This document shows positions 25,239 to 64,000 of a DNA stretch of 64,000 bases, one piece after another (positions within the stretch are counted from its first letter, which is position 1; every line of letters begins with the position of its first letter). A model generated the notes under the pieces. The model saw only the letters and a list, made by a program, of their open reading frames with translations, searched no databases and had not been told where the DNA came from. The DNA is from Podarcis pityusensis (Eukaryota): assembly GCA_964106645.2 (NCBI GenBank), contig OZ067038.1. One strand, written 5' to 3'. The position numbers and the translations under genes were made by a program.

Positions 25239-26557
25239 CTGTAGAAATAGTGGGGATAAACTGAAAATAAAGTAAGACTCAGTTAGTTGCAGAAGTCAAG
25301 TCCGGAAAATGTATGCACCATCTCTCTGATCCAAGGAATGACAAGCACAGAGGGGAGACTACATGCAGTTTTACTCTCTTTTCACAGCCTCAATCAAGGG
25401 AGGCAGGGAAAGCCTGTCACAGTGCCAACTGGCTGTTAGGCAAAGGAAGGGGGGAAACCAAACTCTGCCCAGACTCCCCTTTTCCTCTACATCCAAAAGC
25501 TGATCAGTTGTATGGAACGACTTTACTCAGAAGTGTCACAGCACCAGTGGGCTACTCCTCTTGGCCCCACGAGTGCAACTGCACCAGATGCACAACTAGC
25601 TGTAAAGTACTTCCTATAGGTAGCTTTCGAAGAACAAGAATATTTTATAAATCAGTCTTATATACAATAAAATGTTACGTATTCCCATGCACTGTCTCCC
25701 CAAAGATATAATTAAGGCAGACATATTTTAAACAAAAACCAAACCATTTACTTGAAGAGGCTGATCTAGCCATGGGCGTAGTCAGGCTGCCCCCCTGCCT
25801 TCCCTTGGCAGCCTTTATTCCTTTATTCCTTAAAGCAGGATTATAGCCCTTAAGGTTTGGACAGAATTTTAAAGGGTAAGGAGCAGTGTCCGGCATGGCT
25901 TTTTGTTCATCCACTTACCCAGTACAACAGAATAAAAATTTTGAAGTATACAGATGTATTTGTACTTACAATACTACAAACCCCAATACAAGTTATTTGC
26001 ACATTACATAAAAGTTCCCCCTTTTCAATCTTCCAAAAACAAACTAGAAAGCCTGGTGCTGAAAGTACAGTTATCAGCGCATGAAAATATTTATTTTTTT
26101 ACATTTATCTAATGTAGATTTATTTAAAATATTTATATACTGCCCATTTCACAAAGACATACAGAAGGGGGGATGACTCCTGCGCACAGAGCCTTTCAAA
26201 AGGTGTCCCCACAGAACTCAAACTTGTGTCTAAATTACGGAGTTTAAAAAGTAGTTTGAGGACTAGGTATGACAGCTGTTCAAAGGGGGGTTATATATTG
26301 GTGCTGTATAGGGACTATTTCACCAACTTCCTTTTTACAGCTGCTTGGCTGAATCACAAAACTGCTTTCTAAATTCATAGGGCTGGACAGCAGTTTGTGG
26401 TTCTGGGGGACATCTTCCGAATCAATGTGGACTTCAGCATGCCACAGACAGCAACCAGAAAGATGTCAAGAATGTGTTCCTATATTTGTATACTGTAACT
26501 TTAAAAACATCAATGCACCCCAATGAGGCTATCACTGTTACTTACCAATAAAAGGCT

Positions 26558-61457
<34,900 letters not shown>

Positions 61458-61710
61458 CTAGAATCGAAGCAAACAAGAATGAATTCATTATTAATACATC
61501 CAAACAAATGCATTACATGTTAGGCAACAAATAAAAGAAAAGCAGCATTATGCTAAGGTAATCCTACTCTCACCTCTTCTACCAACTTCAATTTTTATAG
61601 AATGGTAGAATATTAATGCTAGTAATAAAGTTAGCAAATTAGTCCTCCTGTCTCCCACCACTGAGCAAAATGAATTTCCCACCTGCTACTACACCATTCT
61701 GTTCCATTTA

Positions 61711-62108
61711 CCGTATTTTTCGCCCTATAGGACGCACTTTTTCCCCTCCAAAAATGAAGGGGAAATGTGTGTGCGTCCTATGGGGCGAATGCAGGCTTTC
61801 GCTGAAGCCTGGAGAGCGAGAGGGGTCGGTGCGCACCAACCCCTCTCGCTCTCCAGGCTTCAGGAAGCTATCCACAAGCCTTGCGCGCCCGGGGGGAGTT
61901 CCCGCGGGCTCGCAAGGCTTGCGGGCAGCAGCCTGCAGCCCACAAGCTCGGGGGACAGCAGGGAGGCGGAGCGCCGCCATCCCGCTGTTCCCCGACCTGG
62001 TTTTGGGGGGGAAATAAAGGGGAAAATTTTTTCCTTTATTCCCCCCCCCCCAAAAAAAACCTAGGTGCGTCCTATGGGCCAGAGCGCCCTATGGGACGAA
62101 AAATACGG
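61711..62108. mobile_element. GC-rich MITE, family C, opposite orientation to 48355-48809
   Basis: TA|CCGTATTTTTCG...CGAAAAATACGG|TA. Confidence 0.9.
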
Positions 62109-64000
62109 TAATAGCCCTGCTCAGTGCATCTTGCATTGCCATTACATTTCTGGGCAGGCCTACCCATTCCATCTCCACTGCCTGTCTGCAAAACTCAGCT
62201 ATAGGTTTTCCACTTTAAAGCAGGCTGAGACTGCTAGCAAAGAAGCCATTCACTATTCACTTAACTACAATCCCCCAAACTCACTTCCAGATGGAAGCAC
62301 AGTCTAGGAGCCCTTGCTAGCTAGAGAGGAAAAAAGCACCCAGAAAGAGAAGGATTAACAATTGACCTTCTTGCCCAATTCTTAGCCACTGGAAGTCACA
62401 CCTACCTCGCCTTGATTTATGGTAGAGAAACATCTCCTGAGTTTTGAAGACATCTGGTGGAAACAAAATGTGTGTTCTACCCTATGTTTGTTGTCAGGAG
62501 TCCATGTCATCAAACACCTGCCAAGGTTATTGCCTCAGCAAGCTTTCTGGTCCAGTTCTGCTACTCCTTGCTGTTGCTGCACAGCCATCAGTCCTCTCTA
62601 AGAGAGTGACAAGAGGAAGAGGAGTGATCTCCACTTCACCTTGTCTACTCTCTCATGCTAGCTATCTAGACTGGACCAGGAGAAAGAGGGTTAGTGTACG
62701 AGCAACAGTAACTGAAGGCCAGAAGAAGTATCCCAACTTAGGGGATCTTGCTCAAAGATCTACCAAAACCAGAAAAGGACAAGCGCTACACTTACAACAA
62801 AAATTGGCCGCATGGTTGTAACTCTTGCCTCCTCTTATTATAGTCATAGTTAGGCTTGCAATGGATTGTCTTAGGAAAAATAATTTCCTAGCCCTAAGTT
62901 GAGGGAGGGGGAGTCTAAGGATCATATTTTAGGAGAATAATGGGCAAACCTGGAGACAAAGGTGTGTGTGTGGTCCAAGGCAAAAGTGGGTAGAATAATG
63001 GATATGCCTCTTAACCTTTGTACAATAAGATAGCTCCCAGCCACACAGAAGCCAGGGGTTTCTAAATGCACCCACCTGCCTCAAGGAGGGTATGAAGGAA
63101 GACTAGTGAGAGTTGCAGCCCATGGAGAGTTCCAAGGGCCACGTAAAGGGTGGGGTGGGGTTGGAGGGTCACATTCAGCAGCTGGGCTTGTGGTTTCCAC
63201 CTCTCTTTTAGAATAGGGATGTATCCTATATTGCTGTTTCAGTCGCACCACAGACTTCTGATTGCATAACAGAACACTGAAGATCAAGAAGGTAATCAGG
63301 AAAGCATTTGTGGAGCTCATTCAGCTATCCTATGTAGAAAGTTTATATAACAAGGCTGATCTTTACTGCTGTACAGGTGGTGGCCTTCCATTCTAACTGA
63401 GGTTATAAAGGATTTAGCTCATGCCCCTACTTCCAAGATATTTCTTGTCTATAGTCTAGCTTTCAGATTCAGCTGGACTCCCCCTTGTTATTTTTGTTGA
63501 ATAGTTCAGGATTATTATTTTTTTGTTTCAGGAGGCTTCTGTTCCAACTCAGTAGATAACGTTTCTATCTAATGACCGTTTTATCTGCTCAGTTTGTCTC
63601 TCTTGTACTTTAAATGGCTATTTTATTAAGTGTTATTGTATTATATAGATGACCTTAACTGCGGCAAGCTGTCCTAAGTAATGACTATACATTAGAAGGG
63701 TGGGGTGTACATATACATTCCATCTGTGTGAATATATGGCCTGTCACTTTAATATAGAAAACATTAACACACATTCCATATAATTTACAAATACCAATTT
63801 GGATGGCAATGCTTCTTAGACTTAGATGTAGTTTCATCAAAGTAGTACGACCACATTATTTAACAAACATTTTATGACAGGGTTAGCCTCCAAGTGTTGT
63901 CGAATTACAACTTCCATCACCCTGATCATTGGCGGAATACTCTGCCAATAGTGATTCAGCAGGCACCTTTTGTGACAACTTTTAAATGCATGCTTGGGGG

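Noticed and set aside
62100-64000. Search for the first coding exon of PPFIA1 (MMCEVMPTI...)
   Set aside because: Not found; it must lie beyond the window.

Overview
Vertebrate genomic DNA from a squamate, most likely a lacertid lizard such as Podarcis, judged from the Sauria, Squam3 and tRNA-Lys/CR1-tail SINEs. Two spliced genes lie in tandem on the minus strand, as in the human 11q13 block. (1) PPFIA1 (liprin-alpha-1): everything from its second coding exon (61356-61457) to the stop exon (26546-26616) and the 3' UTR exon (about 23870-25238). The first coding exon lies beyond the window. (2) CTTN (cortactin): CpG-island promoter at about 18.9-20.0 kb, ATG exon at 15936-16019, all cortactin-repeat exons, and the next exon at 952-1021. 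The 3' part lies beyond position 1. I read all exons by hand from splice sites and frame; exon numbers follow the human gene as I recall it. Introns carry TA-flanked Tc1/mariner-type MITEs, SINEs, and L2/CR1 fragments. The most interesting observations are a decayed PPFIA1 cassette exon, a candidate 12-nt microexon, an RBFOX-flanked C-terminal PDZ-ligand switch, a GC donor on a cortactin repeat exon, a 1.13-kb non-coding insertion with a perfect 17-bp TSD, an inverted MITE pair bracketing 12 exons, and a perfect CArG box in the CTTN promoter. No prokaryotic-type system or CRISPR array is present.
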